Sequence record: DRR378314_1034
DNA: 43,806 nucleotides
Direction: 5' to 3' (one strand)
Shown: positions 1-10,576 of the stretch, one piece after another
Layout of the letters: every line of letters begins with the position of its first letter
Numbering within the stretch: position 1 is the stretch's first letter
Made by a program: the position numbers and the translations under genes
The notes under the pieces: generated by a model
The model's database searches: none
The model's input: only the letters and a program-made list of their open reading frames with translations
Told to the model about the DNA's origin: nothing

Positions 1-32
1 CTAGAACCTAGAACCTAGAACCTAGAGCCTAG
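1..32. repeat. Heptamer tandem repeat (CTAGAAC)3-CTAGAGC-CTAG, cut by the window edge
   Basis: Read directly at 1-32; the last unit contains the ettA TAG stop (29-31, minus strand). Confidence 0.9.
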
Positions 33-1702
33 CCAATCTTTTTATACTTAATACGTTTAGGTTGCGCTGCTGCTGCACCCAGTGTCTTTTTAAGCCACTC
101 TTCATACTCTGTGTAGTTACCATCAAAGAAGTTAATTTGACCTTCATCACGGTAATCAAGAATATGCGTTGCAATACGGTCTAAGAACCAACGGTCATGC
201 GAGATACACATAACATTACCCGGGAACTCTAAAATTGCATTTTCAAGCGCACGTAATGTTTCAACGTCCAAGTCATTGGTTGGCTCATCCAGTAAGATGA
301 CATTGCCGCCTGCTTTTAAAAGCTTGGCTAGGTGTAAACGGTTACGCTCACCACCTGATAGGTCCTTAACAAACTTTTGTTGGTCATTACCTTTAAAGTT
401 AAAACGCCCTACGTAAGCGCGGCTTGGAAATTCAAAGTTGCCAATTTTAAGCACATCTTGGCCATCAGCGATTTCTTGGAAAACCGTATTGCTGTCGTCC
501 ATGTTGCCACGGAACTGATCAACGGTTGCAAGCTCAACTGTTTCACCAATAGTGATATCGCCGCTATCTGGCTTTTCTTCACCGCTTAGCATTTTAAACA
601 GGGTTGATTTACCCGCACCATTGGCACCGATAATGCCAACAATGGCACCTTTTGGCATGGTGAAGTTTAAGTCATCGATTAATACGCGATCGCCAAAGCT
701 CTTCTTCAAGTTTTTAACTTCAATTACTTGGTCGCCTAAACGCGGGCCAGGTGGAATGAATAGCTCGTTGGTTTCGTTACGCTTTTGGTAGTCAGAGTGT
801 TGTAACTCGCTAAACTGCGCCATACGCGCTTTAGACTTAGCTTGACGACCTTTCGGGTTTGAACGTACCCACTCAAGCTCTTGAGCAATTGATTTTTGGC
901 GGGCTTTTTCAGATTTTTGCTCTTGCTGCAGGCGCGCATCTTTTTGTTCAAGCCAAGAAGAGTAGTTACCTTCCCACGGAATACCTTCACCACGGTCTAG
1001 CTCTAAAATCCAACCTGCTACGTTATCTAGGAAGTAACGGTCATGGGTTACAGCCACAACGGTGCCTTCGTAATCATGTAAGAAGCGCTCAAGCCAGGCA
1101 ACTGATTCAGCATCTAAGTGGTTAGTTGGCTCATCGAGAATAAGCATATCTGGCTTTTCAAGTAATAAACGACAAATCGCGATACGACGACGCTCACCAC
1201 CTGATAACACTTCAACTTTAGCATCCCAAGGCGGCAAACGTAGCGCATCAGCGGCGCGCTCTAATACGTTGTCAATATTGTGGCCGTCATGGGCTTGAAT
1301 AATGGCTTCTAGTTGGCCTTGCTCTTTGGCTAGCGCGTCGAAGTCAGCGTCTTCCATCGCGTATTCGTTATACACTTCATCAAGACGACTTAATGCGTTT
1401 TTAACTTCACTGACCGCTTCTTCAACGGTTTCGCGCACGGTTTTGCTTTCATCGAGTACCGGCTCTTGCGGTAAGTAACCAATTTTAATACCAGGCTGAG
1501 GGTGTGCTTCACCTTCAAACTCTTGATCAACGCCAGCCATAATGCGCAGCAAGCTTGATTTACCTGAGCCGTTTAAGCCAAGTACACCAATTTTTGCGCC
1601 AGGGAAAAAATGCAATGAGATATCTTTTAAGATAGTGCGCTTTGGTGGCACAACCTTAGATACTCGACTCATCGAGAAAATAAACTTATCAGGTAAAACC
1701 AT
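29..1702 (-). CDS. ettA: Energy-dependent translational throttle protein EttA (ABC-F ATPase)
   Basis: Two ABC domains (GLNGSGKS / LSGGE / LDEPTNHLD and GANGAGKS / LSGGE / LDEPTNDLD); N-terminal VVPPKRTILKDISLHFFPGAKIGVLG and the PPGPRLG linker match EttA; no transmembrane segments. Confidence 0.96.
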   Translation of the reverse strand: MVLPDKFIFSMSRVSKVVPPKRTILKDISLHFFPGAKIGVLGLNGSGKSSLLRIMAGVDQEFEGEAHPQPGIKIGYLPQEPVLDESKTVRETVEEAVSEVKNALSRLDEVYNEYAMEDADFDALAKEQGQLEAIIQAHDGHNIDNVLERAADALRLPPWDAKVEVLSGGERRRIAICRLLLEKPDMLILDEPTNHLDAESVAWLERFLHDYEGTVVAVTHDRYFLDNVAGWILELDRGEGIPWEGNYSSWLEQKDARLQQEQKSEKARQKSIAQELEWVRSNPKGRQAKSKARMAQFSELQHSDYQKRNETNELFIPPGPRLGDQVIEVKNLKKSFGDRVLIDDLNFTMPKGAIVGIIGANGAGKSTLFKMLSGEEKPDSGDITIGETVELATVDQFRGNMDDSNTVFQEIADGQDVLKIGNFEFPSRAYVGRFNFKGNDQQKFVKDLSGGERNRLHLAKLLKAGGNVILLDEPTNDLDVETLRALENAILEFPGNVMCISHDRWFLDRIATHILDYRDEGQINFFDGNYTEYEEWLKKTLGAAAAQPKRIKYKKIG

Positions 1703-1743
1703 GGAGGAAAGCCTTCAAATAATAATAAAAATTTCAATGTTGT

Positions 1744-1773
1744 ATTGTAGTTGTTGAGGGGTGAAACAGTCAA
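1744..1773 (-). promoter_or_regulatory. Putative sigma70 promoter of ettA
   Basis: Minus strand TTGACT-N18-TACAAT, about 40 nt upstream of the start codon. Confidence 0.6.
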
Positions 1774-1875
1774 CGAATGGGGCGTTGAATATATGTTTAT
1801 CGTTTTATCTTGTTAAATGTATAGTTTTATCTGCGTGTGCTAACGTATTTAAACCACAACAAAATAAGAAAAAAT

Positions 1876-3180
1876 ATGACAATACACACACTAATCGTAA
1901 CGGTCGCTTTATTTATATTGAGCGTAATAACCCCTAATGCGCAGGCAGTTGATTCACCTTGGCCTGAAATAAGAAAACAACGTATAAATCAACTGCTTCC
2001 AAATGCCTTAAAAGCGGCTGATGTAGATGCTTGGCTTATCGTATGTAGAGAGAATAATAATGATCCACTGGCGGATCATATAGGTTGTGAAAACGCGGGT
2101 TCACCAGCAGCTTATTTATTCTATTTTGATAAAGGAGAGTTTCATTCTGTTGCTTACTCTCCTTCAAGCGAAGCAAAGGCACTTGATGAGCTTGATATAC
2201 ACGAAAAGGTTATATCGGTACCTCGCAGTATGTCCGCATTAAAATACGCCGCTGAGTTTATAAACACGCAATCATTTCGTCGAATTGCAATAAATGTATC
2301 CGATCTTAATGCACAGGCCGATGGGCTATCGCACTCGCAATATAAGCAACTAACTAGTTTATTAAGTGCTGAGCAGGCTGAGAAGTTAATATCATCTGAA
2401 GAGGTGGTTTATCAATGGCTATCAATCAAGTTACCGGCTGAAGTTGAAATAATGAAAGAAGCTGCGATGCTTTCAGCAAAGTGGCAACTAGAAGCATATA
2501 GCATTATTGTTCCTGGTAAAACGACCGATGCAGAAGTGGCTAAATTTTTAAAAATGAAAATGAAAGCTCATGGGGTCACGGATGCTTGGGCTGCAGACCA
2601 AAACCCGAATGTAAATTCAGGCCCTGACCGAGGCCACTCTCATTCTACCGATAAAGTGATTATGCCTGGTGATGTCATACAAATTGATTTTGGTGTAAAG
2701 CTTCACAATAAATGGGTAAGCGATATCCAACGTTTTGCATACGTACTTAGGGAAGGCGAAACGGCTGCGCCCGCCAATATTCAACAGTACTGGGTTAACG
2801 CACGAGACAGTGGTTTTGCTGCTTTTAACGCAATGAAACCAGGTGTAAAGGGAATTGAGGTCGATGATGCACAAACCGTATTAATGAATAAATACAATTC
2901 AGAACCAGTGCCTTGGAGTACAGGTCATCCTGTAGGATATGTTGCACATGACACGGGCCCTAACTTGGGGGGATCTCGAAGTGCACAAGTAAGGCCCGCA
3001 TCTCAGCGTAAGCTTAAAGAGGGAATGGTGTTTGCCTTTGATGGTTTTTTCAGCTGGCGTTTAAGTAGCGATACTTTTAAAACCATCTCCGTTGAGGAAA
3101 TGGCAGTCATCACTGCAAACGGTGCTGACTACTTAATACCGCCCCAGCAAAACTTGATTTTAGTGGGTAAAAGCCAATAA
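1876..3180 (+). CDS. Secreted M24-family (Xaa-Pro-like) metallopeptidase
   Basis: Signal peptide ending AQA from ATG 1876; pita-bread fold motifs IDFG, SDIQR, GHPVGYVAHD, AFDG, VEE. Confidence 0.82.
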   Translation: MTIHTLIVTVALFILSVITPNAQAVDSPWPEIRKQRINQLLPNALKAADVDAWLIVCRENNNDPLADHIGCENAGSPAAYLFYFDKGEFHSVAYSPSSEAKALDELDIHEKVISVPRSMSALKYAAEFINTQSFRRIAINVSDLNAQADGLSHSQYKQLTSLLSAEQAEKLISSEEVVYQWLSIKLPAEVEIMKEAAMLSAKWQLEAYSIIVPGKTTDAEVAKFLKMKMKAHGVTDAWAADQNPNVNSGPDRGHSHSTDKVIMPGDVIQIDFGVKLHNKWVSDIQRFAYVLREGETAAPANIQQYWVNARDSGFAAFNAMKPGVKGIEVDDAQTVLMNKYNSEPVPWSTGHPVGYVAHDTGPNLGGSRSAQVRPASQRKLKEGMVFAFDGFFSWRLSSDTFKTISVEEMAVITANGADYLIPPQQNLILVGKSQ

Positions 3181-3284
3181 GCCGCTAGAAGTGTAACTTT
3201 GTTCATGAAGGTCACGGTATACCTTTATAGTGGTTTAACGTGACCTATTACTCAGGGTAAAACCGAATTAAATAAAATTCATTT

Positions 3285-3333
3285 AGACATCTATACATCT
3301 AGAGGTTGAAATTTACTGCTAACCGTTCATAAT
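3285..3333 (+). promoter_or_regulatory. Tandem MetJ boxes overlapping the metA promoter
   Basis: AGACATCT-ATACATCT-AGAGGTTG (3285-3308) against the Met-box consensus AGACGTCT; TTGAAA (3306)-N16-CATAAT (3328). Confidence 0.85.
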
Positions 3334-3368
3334 TAACCACTGGTTAAAATGATGCGTGGAGTGAATGA

Positions 3369-4316
3369 ATGCCTATTACAGTAAAGGATGAATTGCCTGC
3401 CATTGCAAAGCTACGTCAAGAAAACGTCTTTGTAATGCCAAAAACCCGTGCGAAAACGCAAGAAATTCGCCCGATGCGACTGGCTATCTTAAACTTAATG
3501 CCGAATAAAGTAGAAACTGAAGTTCAGTTTATTCGCTTACTGGCAAATTCCCCTTTGCAAGTGAATGTTGAGCTTTTACGCTTAGACACTCACCGTAGTA
3601 GCAGTAACTCTGAGCAACATTTAGACACCTTTTACCGTTATTTTTCAGAAGTAAAAGACAACAACTACGATGCTATGTTGGTAACCGGTGCACCGCTGGC
3701 GCATTTAGAATACGACGACGTTGCCTATTGGGATGAACTTAAAGTGATTCTCGATTGGGCTGAGCAACATGTTACATCAACTTTGTTTTCGTGTTGGGCG
3801 GCGCATGCAGGGTTATTTCATCACTACGGGTTAAAACGCGAGTTAAAACCGAATAAACTCAGCGGTGTATTTACTCACCATTGTTACTTTGAACACGCCG
3901 CGCTTACTCGTGGTTTTGATGATACTTTTGTAGTGCCACATTCTCGTTTTGGCCATATTGATATTGAAAAGATAAATGCTTGTGATGATTTAGTTGTACT
4001 GGCGGGTTCAGAGCGAGTCGGTGCTTACTTACTTAAGAATAAGTCAGGCAGCCAAGTATACATAACCGGCCACCCAGAATACGATGCCGACACATTAAAA
4101 GGTGAATACCAACGCGACCTTGCAAAAGGGCCTGACGCGGTAATTCCTGAGAACTACTTTCCAGATAACAATCCAGATAACGAGCCGTCGAAAACGTGGC
4201 AAAGCCATGCCTTTTTGCTTTTTTCGAATTGGTTAAATTATTATGTGTATCAAACCACACCCTATGATATTAATCTCGTTAGCCAAGCAGTAAGGACTAA
4301 CAACTATGCCGAGTAA
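3369..4316 (+). CDS. metA: Homoserine O-succinyltransferase (MetA family)
   Basis: ILNLMP, TGAPLA, catalytic CWAA and GHPEY motifs; [14 protein letters not shown]-terminal region. Confidence 0.95.
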   Translation: MPITVKDELPAIAKLRQENVFVMPKTRAKTQEIRPMRLAILNLMPNKVETEVQFIRLLANSPLQVNVELLRLDTHRSSSNSEQHLDTFYRYFSEVKDNNYDAMLVTGAPLAHLEYDDVAYWDELKVILDWAEQHVTSTLFSCWAAHAGLFHHYGLKRELKPNKLSGVFTHHCYFEHAALTRGFDDTFVVPHSRFGHIDIEKINACDDLVVLAGSERVGAYLLKNKSGSQVYITGHPEYDADTLKGEYQRDLAKGPDAVIPENYFPDNNPDNEPSKTWQSHAFLLFSNWLNYYVYQTTPYDINLVSQAVRTNNYAE

Positions 4317-5373
4317 TACAGTGAATAAACATGCAGAACTAACCGAGGCGCTAAAACAGCGAATTTTAATCCTCGACGGCGCTATGGGCACCATGATCCA
4401 AGAGCATAAATTAGAAGAGCAAGATTACCGTGGTGAACGTTTTAAAGACTGGCATGTATTAATCAAAGGCAATAACGACTTGTTAAGCCTGACTCAGCCT
4501 AAAATAATTGCTGATATTCACCGTGGCTTTTTGAATGCGGGTGCCGATATTATCGAAACCAACACCTTTAACTCGACCACTATCTCTATGGAAGATTACG
4601 ACATGGCAAGCATTAGCCGTGAAGTAAACTTAGAGTCAGCAAAATTAGCACGCAGCATTTGTGATGAGTTCACCGCTAAAAACCCTGAAAAACCACGTTA
4701 TGTGGCAGGAGTGCTTGGGCCAACGTCTAAAACTTGTTCAATTTCGCCTGATGTAAATGACCCGGGTTATCGCAACGTGACGTTTGATAAATTAGTCACC
4801 GCGTATGTTGAATCGACCCTTGCGTTATTGGAAGGCGGCGCTGATTTAATTTTAATTGAGACTATTTTTGATACCTTAAACGCTAAAGCGGCATCATTCG
4901 CTGTTGAAGAAGCGTTTGAGCAGGCAGGGCGCAAGTTACCAGTAATGATCTCAGGCACGATAACTGATGCATCAGGCCGAACACTTTCAGGGCAAACCAC
5001 CGAAGCGTTTTATAATTCAATCCGCCATATTAAGCCTATTTCAATTGGTTTAAATTGCGCTCTTGGCCCAGACTTATTACGCCAATATGTAGAAGAATTA
5101 TCACGAGTGTGTGAAACCTTTGTCTCTGTTCACCCTAACGCAGGTTTACCGAATGAGTTTGGTGAATACGACTTAGAAGCACCTGAAATGGCAGAAGAAA
5201 TCATTGATTGGGGTAAGTCAGGCTTTATAAATATTGTTGGCGGTTGCTGCGGCACAACGCCTGCTCATATTAAAGCGTTTGCTAAAGGTCTTGAAGCGGT
5301 TAAGCCTCGCCAATTACCTGAGCTTGAAGTGCGCATGCGCTTATCTGGCCTTGAAGCGTGTAACTTAAATTAG
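4306..5373 (+). CDS. metH: Cobalamin-dependent methionine synthase, homocysteine-binding (N-terminal) subunit of a split MetH
   Basis: [11 protein letters not shown]; Zn ligands in GLNCALG and GGCCGT; ends [10 protein letters not shown] at the domain boundary; overlaps metA by 11 nt. Confidence 0.93.
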   Translation: MPSNTVNKHAELTEALKQRILILDGAMGTMIQEHKLEEQDYRGERFKDWHVLIKGNNDLLSLTQPKIIADIHRGFLNAGADIIETNTFNSTTISMEDYDMASISREVNLESAKLARSICDEFTAKNPEKPRYVAGVLGPTSKTCSISPDVNDPGYRNVTFDKLVTAYVESTLALLEGGADLILIETIFDTLNAKAASFAVEEAFEQAGRKLPVMISGTITDASGRTLSGQTTEAFYNSIRHIKPISIGLNCALGPDLLRQYVEELSRVCETFVSVHPNAGLPNEFGEYDLEAPEMAEEIIDWGKSGFINIVGGCCGTTPAHIKAFAKGLEAVKPRQLPELEVRMRLSGLEACNLN

Positions 5374-5382
5374 GAAACCGAC

Positions 5383-8013
5383 ATGACACAACAAATAGCA
5401 GTATTTACTAACGTCGGTGAGCGTACCAATGTAACCGGCTCAGCCATGTTCAAGCGTTTGATCATGGAAGAAGATTATGAAACCGCCCTTAATGTTGCCC
5501 GTGAACAAGTTGAAAATGGCGCGCAAGTAATTGATATCAACATGGACGAAGCCATGTTGGACTCAAAAGCCGCAATGGTAAAGTTTTTAAACTTAATTGC
5601 CTCAGAGCCTGATATTTCTAAAGTACCTATTATGGTTGATTCCTCTAAGTGGGAAGTGATCGAAGCGGGCTTAAAGTGTATTCAAGGCAAGGCGATTGTT
5701 AACTCAATCTCACTAAAAGAAGGCGAAGAGCCATTTATTCGCCAAGCTAAAATTATTAAGCGCTTTGGTGCTGCTGCCGTGGTAATGGCGTTTGATACTG
5801 ATGGCCAGGCCGACACCGCAGATCGCAAGTATGAAATTTGCGAGCGCAGCTACCGAATTTTGGTCGACGAAATAGGCTTTCCGCCAGAAGACATTATTTT
5901 TGACCCAAATATTTTTGCCGTTGCTACGGGTATCGAAGAGCATGATAACTACGCGGTCGAGTTTATTGAAGGCACGCGTCGCATCAAGCAAAACTTACCC
6001 CATTGTAAAGTGTCGGGTGGGGTATCAAACGTATCGTTCTCGTTCCGCGGTAATAACCCAGTGCGTGAAGCAATTCACTCGGTGTTTTTGTACCATGCCA
6101 TAAAAGCAGGCATGGATATGGGTATTGTAAACGCAGGGCAATTAGCTGTTTATGACGATATTCCAGAAGAGCTACGTAAAGCCGTTGAAGACGTTATTTT
6201 AAATACCGACTCAGGTGCGGGTGAGCGCTTAGTAGAGCTTGCACCTAAGTTTTCAGGTATGGCTCAAGCTGAGCGTGTTGAAGATTTAGAGTGGCGTACG
6301 TGGCCTGTTGAAAAACGCCTTGAACATGCGCTTGTGAAAGGTATTACAGAATACATCGACGAAGATACCGAAGAATGCCGCGCGGGTGCTGATAAACCCA
6401 TTCACGTCATTGAAGGGCCATTAATGGATGGCATGAACGTGGTAGGTGACTTATTTGGCGCGGGTAAAATGTTTTTACCTCAAGTGGTTAAATCAGCGCG
6501 AGTAATGAAGCGTGCCGTGGCCTACCTTGACCCATTCATTGAAGCTGAAAAAGAAGAAGGCGCCACTAACGGTAAAGTCGTAATGGCCACTGTTAAAGGT
6601 GACGTACACGACATTGGTAAAAACATTGTTGGTGTGGTGCTGCAATGTAATAACTATGAAGTAATTGATTTAGGTGTAATGGTACCGGCTGAGAAAATAC
6701 TGCAAACTGCCATTGATGAAAAAGCCGATATTATTGGTCTATCAGGCCTAATTACGCCATCGCTTGATGAAATGGTGCATGTTGCTAAAGAAATGACACG
6801 CCGTGGTTTTGAACTGCCGTTATTGATTGGTGGCGCAACCACATCAAAAGCCCATACTGCGGTTAAAATTGAGCCACAATATGACAAAGGCGTGGTGTAT
6901 GTAAATAACGCCAGCCGCGCCGTGGGGGTGGTTTCAAACTTATTATCAAAAGAGTTAAAGCCCGCCTTTTTAGAAAAAACCAAAGCGGAATATGTAAAAG
7001 TACGCGAGCAACAAGCGCGTAAAAAACCGCGCTCAAAACCGGTGACTATTCAACGCGCTCGTGATAACGCCTCCCAGCTTGATTGGGATAACTACACGCC
7101 ACCGGTGCCGAAAAAACTCGGTGTGACTGAGTTTAAAGATGTATCAATCGCGACATTACGCAAATACATCGATTGGACGCCATACTTTATGACGTGGTCA
7201 ATCGCGGGGAAATACCCACGCATAATGACTGATGAAGTCGTCGGTGAGCAGGCGCAAAGCTTATTTAAAGACGCCAACGAGATGCTCGATGAGCTTGAGC
7301 AATCAGGCACTTTGCAGCCGCTTGGGGTGATTGGTTTATTCCCAGCAAACCGCGTAGGGGATGACATTGAAATATACACAGACGAAAGCCGCTCTGAGGT
7401 ATTAACCACGTCGTGCCATTTACGGCAGCAAACCGAAAAAACTGACTTTGCGAATTATTGCTTAGCGGATTACATCGCGCCAAAAGGCACACCTGACTAC
7501 TTTGGTGCGTTTGCGGTAACTGGTGGCCTCGAAGAGGACGACCTTGCTGATGCCTTTGACGCTAAACAAGATGACTATAATAAAATTATGGTCAAAGCGG
7601 TAGCCGATAGACTCGCAGAAGCATTTGCCGAATACTTACACGAGCAAGTGCGCAAAGAGTACTGGGGTTTTGCACCGGATGAAAACTTATCAAACGATGA
7701 GCTTATTCGTGAAAACTACCAAGGTATTCGCCCAGCACCTGGTTACCCAGCGTGCCCTGAGCATACCGAGAAAAAGAAAATCTGGCAGCTACTTGATACT
7801 GAAAAGCGCATTGGTATGCAGCTCACCAGCTCATACGCCATGTGGCCAGGCGCCGCGGTATCCGGTTGGTATTTCTCTCATCCAGAGGCTAAATACTATG
7901 CGGTAGCGGCAGTACAAAAAGATCAGGTTGAAGACTACGCCAAACGAACCAATATGACGCTTGAAGAAGCCGAGCGTTGGCTATCGCCTAACTTGGGGTA
8001 TGAACCGGAGTAA
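5383..8013 (+). CDS. metH: Cobalamin-dependent methionine synthase, folate/cobalamin/activation (C-terminal) subunit of a split MetH
   Basis: [11 protein letters not shown] pterin domain, B12 motif DVHDIGKN, activation domain [14 protein letters not shown]; own SD (AGGA) overlapping the upstream TAG. Confidence 0.95.
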   Translation: MTQQIAVFTNVGERTNVTGSAMFKRLIMEEDYETALNVAREQVENGAQVIDINMDEAMLDSKAAMVKFLNLIASEPDISKVPIMVDSSKWEVIEAGLKCIQGKAIVNSISLKEGEEPFIRQAKIIKRFGAAAVVMAFDTDGQADTADRKYEICERSYRILVDEIGFPPEDIIFDPNIFAVATGIEEHDNYAVEFIEGTRRIKQNLPHCKVSGGVSNVSFSFRGNNPVREAIHSVFLYHAIKAGMDMGIVNAGQLAVYDDIPEELRKAVEDVILNTDSGAGERLVELAPKFSGMAQAERVEDLEWRTWPVEKRLEHALVKGITEYIDEDTEECRAGADKPIHVIEGPLMDGMNVVGDLFGAGKMFLPQVVKSARVMKRAVAYLDPFIEAEKEEGATNGKVVMATVKGDVHDIGKNIVGVVLQCNNYEVIDLGVMVPAEKILQTAIDEKADIIGLSGLITPSLDEMVHVAKEMTRRGFELPLLIGGATTSKAHTAVKIEPQYDKGVVYVNNASRAVGVVSNLLSKELKPAFLEKTKAEYVKVREQQARKKPRSKPVTIQRARDNASQLDWDNYTPPVPKKLGVTEFKDVSIATLRKYIDWTPYFMTWSIAGKYPRIMTDEVVGEQAQSLFKDANEMLDELEQSGTLQPLGVIGLFPANRVGDDIEIYTDESRSEVLTTSCHLRQQTEKTDFANYCLADYIAPKGTPDYFGAFAVTGGLEEDDLADAFDAKQDDYNKIMVKAVADRLAEAFAEYLHEQVRKEYWGFAPDENLSNDELIRENYQGIRPAPGYPACPEHTEKKKIWQLLDTEKRIGMQLTSSYAMWPGAAVSGWYFSHPEAKYYAVAAVQKDQVEDYAKRTNMTLEEAERWLSPNLGYEPE

Positions 8014-8015
8014 GT

Positions 8016-8050
8016 GAAGCTGTAGGCTTTAAGTGATAAGTTGTAAGTAA
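8016..8050 (+). repeat. Degenerate heptamer array after the metH stop
   Basis: GAAGCTG TAGGCTT TAAGTGA TAAGTTG TAAGTAA, period 7. Confidence 0.55.
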
Positions 8051-8078
8051 AAAACGAGCCAAATTAGGCTCGTTTTTT
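8049..8078 (+). terminator. Rho-independent terminator after metH
   Basis: AAAAAACGAGCC-aaatta-GGCTCGTTTTTT. Confidence 0.88.
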
Positions 8079-8300
8079 ATGGGTAAGGCTATTTTATTGT
8101 TGAGTTAAATTAAGGGGGGGTAAGGTAGTTGTTTCAATGTGATAAATTCGGTTTAATAGAAACAAAGGATATTGCTTAAAAGTGTTTACCACAGATTAGT
8201 TATCCTAATGGATTTGATCGGGTTTAATTATAAAAGTTATAAAAAGTAAATCTTCACGCCTTAAATATGAAAGTTTTGCATGTAAAAGGAGTTAAATTAG

Positions 8301-8681
8301 ATGCTTGATATTTTCCAGAAAAACTCAGTAAAAAAAATTGCAAGGGTTCTACCACCTGCTTTAGTCAAAGCGTTTGAAAAGAAAAGTTATTATTCTATTG
8401 AAGAGGTAAAAAGTGTTTTTGCAGGCGCGTTAAAGACGAATCATAATATAGAGTATGCCTTTGCTATGTTTTGCCTGCAATCTGAATTTGAAGATCTAGA
8501 GTTTGAATCAACTTATGATGACTTACGCGCTATTGTTTCTAAAAAGTGCTTTGGTGGTTGGCTTCATTTTAATTTCGATTCACTCCTAGATTACTCTAAA
8601 CGCTCAAAAACTTGGAGTGAGGGTGGTTTTTTTGGAGGTGACGGAAGTTGTGGCGATGGAGGTTGCGGTGGCGGTGAATAG
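8301..8681 (+). CDS. Small hypothetical protein with Gly-rich C-terminal tail (DUF6559-like)
   Basis: 126-aa ORF with SD AGGAG; tail GGFFGGDGSCGDGGCGGGE. The family call is from recalled resemblance only. Confidence 0.65.
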   Translation: MLDIFQKNSVKKIARVLPPALVKAFEKKSYYSIEEVKSVFAGALKTNHNIEYAFAMFCLQSEFEDLEFESTYDDLRAIVSKKCFGGWLHFNFDSLLDYSKRSKTWSEGGFFGGDGSCGDGGCGGGE

Positions 8682-8763
8682 TTACTTAGCTTTTAAACTT
8701 TCAGCTAACATTTTTTGTTCTTTATTGGTATTCAACTTAATGACTTTAATTAAAGGACCACAC

Positions 8764-9531
8764 ATGAAGCTCCCTCATTATATTATCTTGAGCTTGGCCT
8801 TTTTATTCAGTGCGAATAGTTTTGCGCTTGAGCAGCAATATCATCAAAATATTTCCCCTATTATTACAGCGTTTAAAGCTGATGATAGAGTGGCTATTGC
8901 TGCACTTATACGTTACCCGCTAAAAAGACGATACCCACTGCCTGCTATTAAAAGTGAAGCTGAGTTGATAGAGCGTTTTGATGAAGTGTTTGATGAGACG
9001 CTCATTAAACAGGTTGCCAAGTCAAATATCGATACTGATTGGGATAAAGTGGGCTGGCGAGGCATTATGCTAAATAGTGGTATCGTTTGGGTTGATAGCG
9101 ACGGTAAAATTATCGGGATAAATCATCAAACAGCCAAAGAGCAGCAGTTGGCGAAACGTTTAATAGCAGCCGGTAAACAAGCGCTGCACCCAAGTGTTAG
9201 TACTTTTACAAAGCCAATATTAGATTGGCAAACGGCTAAATATCGTGTTCGTGTTGATAATTTAGGTGATGGAAACTACCGTTATACGTCATGGAGTAAA
9301 GGTAAAAAAACCAGTGATAAGCCAGATATAGTCTTACTAAAAGGTGAGCTTGAATTTGAAGGTAGTGGCGGTAATCATAGCTACACATTTAAAAACGGCC
9401 GCTATAGCTACGTATTACAAGTCACTGTAATTGGTTGTGATACCTCACCACCCGGTTGGCTTGAAGTATACAAAGACGAGAAGTTGTTATTGTCTGACGC
9501 TGTGATCAGTGCAGTTAATAAGGCTAATTAA
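8764..9531 (+). CDS. Hypothetical exported protein
   Basis: ATG 8764 with AAGGA SD and signal peptide ending SFA; the ORF-track extension to 8617 overlaps the previous gene. Confidence 0.75.
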   Translation: MKLPHYIILSLAFLFSANSFALEQQYHQNISPIITAFKADDRVAIAALIRYPLKRRYPLPAIKSEAELIERFDEVFDETLIKQVAKSNIDTDWDKVGWRGIMLNSGIVWVDSDGKIIGINHQTAKEQQLAKRLIAAGKQALHPSVSTFTKPILDWQTAKYRVRVDNLGDGNYRYTSWSKGKKTSDKPDIVLLKGELEFEGSGGNHSYTFKNGRYSYVLQVTVIGCDTSPPGWLEVYKDEKLLLSDAVISAVNKAN

Positions 9532-9603
9532 GTATCTAGTGAAGAGCAGCTATTTTTTAATTTGCTGTGAAGCGCAAACTGTAATTAAAAGTGGTAACTA
9601 GCG

Positions 9604-10299
9604 ATGAAAACAATCGGCATGCTCGGAGGCATGAGCTGGGAGTCAACAACCAGCTATTATAAGGCCTTAAATGAAGGCGTTAAAAATTCGTTGGGTGGGC
9701 TGCACAGTGCAAAAATTTGTATGGTTAGCGTTGATTTTGCTGAAATTGAAAAATTACAGCATCAAGGGAATTGGGCCGAGACTGCGAATATACTTACCCA
9801 AGCTGCAAAGTCAGTAGAGGCTGGTGGTGCCGATTTTTTGCTAATTTGTACCAACACAATGCACAAAGTAGCTGATGAGATTGCTAGTAATATTAGCATT
9901 CCAATTTTGCACATTGCCGATGCCACGGCTGAGCAACTAAAACGCGATAACATTTCGCGAGTAGGGTTGTTGGGGACGCAATTTACCATGGAGCAAGACT
10001 TCTATAAAAAGCGTTTAGTCGATAAACATAATATTGAAGTAATTACTCCAGAGTTAGCAGAGCAAAAAGTTATTCATGATGTTATTTATTCGGAGCTTTG
10101 CTTAGGTAAGATAAACGATGGTTCGAGAACGCAATACCTACACGTTATACAGCGTCTTTTTGACCAAGGTGCTCAGGCTGTCATTTTAGGGTGTACAGAA
10201 ATAGCGTTGTTGGTAAAGCCGCAACACACGAATGTGCCTCTATATGATACCGCTAAAATACATGCGCAAGAGGCAGTAAAATTAGCGTTATCTAAATAA
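9604..10299 (+). CDS. Aspartate/glutamate racemase family protein (YgeA-like)
   Basis: MKTIGMLGGMSWEST; two catalytic Cys motifs ICTNTMH and LGCTEI. Confidence 0.92.
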   Translation: MKTIGMLGGMSWESTTSYYKALNEGVKNSLGGLHSAKICMVSVDFAEIEKLQHQGNWAETANILTQAAKSVEAGGADFLLICTNTMHKVADEIASNISIPILHIADATAEQLKRDNISRVGLLGTQFTMEQDFYKKRLVDKHNIEVITPELAEQKVIHDVIYSELCLGKINDGSRTQYLHVIQRLFDQGAQAVILGCTEIALLVKPQHTNVPLYDTAKIHAQEAVKLALSK

Positions 10300-10333
10300 T
10301 TTTAGGTTGAGTAACCATTATTTAGTGGATAAT

Positions 10334-10359
10334 AAAAAACCGCCAAACGGCGGTTTTTT
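10334..10359. terminator. Bidirectional terminator between the racemase gene and the csbD-like gene
   Basis: AAAAAACCGCC-aaac-GGCGGTTTTTT between convergent genes. Confidence 0.88.
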
Positions 10360-10378
10360 GCTGCTAAGCATTTATGAA

Positions 10379-10576
10379 TTAATGGCTTTTTTCAAAGTCG
10401 TTAACTTCGCGCTCAGCTTCTTCTTTAGATTTACCGTATTTCTGTTGGATTTTACCAACCAGCTCTGTACGGCTACCTTCGATTTTGTCTAAATCGTCGT
10501 TGGTAAGGTCGCCCCACTTTTGTTGCGCTTTACCCTTAAGTTCTTTCCAATTACCTTCGATACGATCACTGTTCAT
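10379..10576 (-). CDS. CsbD/YjbJ-family general stress protein (65 aa)
   Basis: MNSDRIEGNWKELKGKAQQKWGDLTNDDL...GKIQQKYG; AGGAG SD before ATG 10576. Confidence 0.92.
   Translation of the reverse strand: MNSDRIEGNWKELKGKAQQKWGDLTNDDLDKIEGSRTELVGKIQQKYGKSKEEAEREVNDFEKSH

Noticed and set aside
3181-3368. SAM or cobalamin riboswitch upstream of metA-metH; inverted repeat AGGTCACG/CGTGACCT at 3209-3246
   Set aside because: The leader after the predicted promoter is too short and lacks aptamer motifs; the inverted repeat lies upstream of the promoter and is more likely the 3' hairpin of the peptidase gene.
4306-8013. metH as a nonsense pseudogene
   Set aside because: The stop falls at the domain boundary, the second half has its own SD and ATG, and the key motifs are intact.
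8617-8763. N-terminal extension of the 304-aa ORF
   Set aside because: It overlaps the upstream gene; SD and signal peptide point to ATG 8764.
8682-8763. GCTAAC after the DUF6559-like gene as a possible attC R'' site
   Set aside because: No matching GTTRRRY end or palindromic L boxes, and no integrase.
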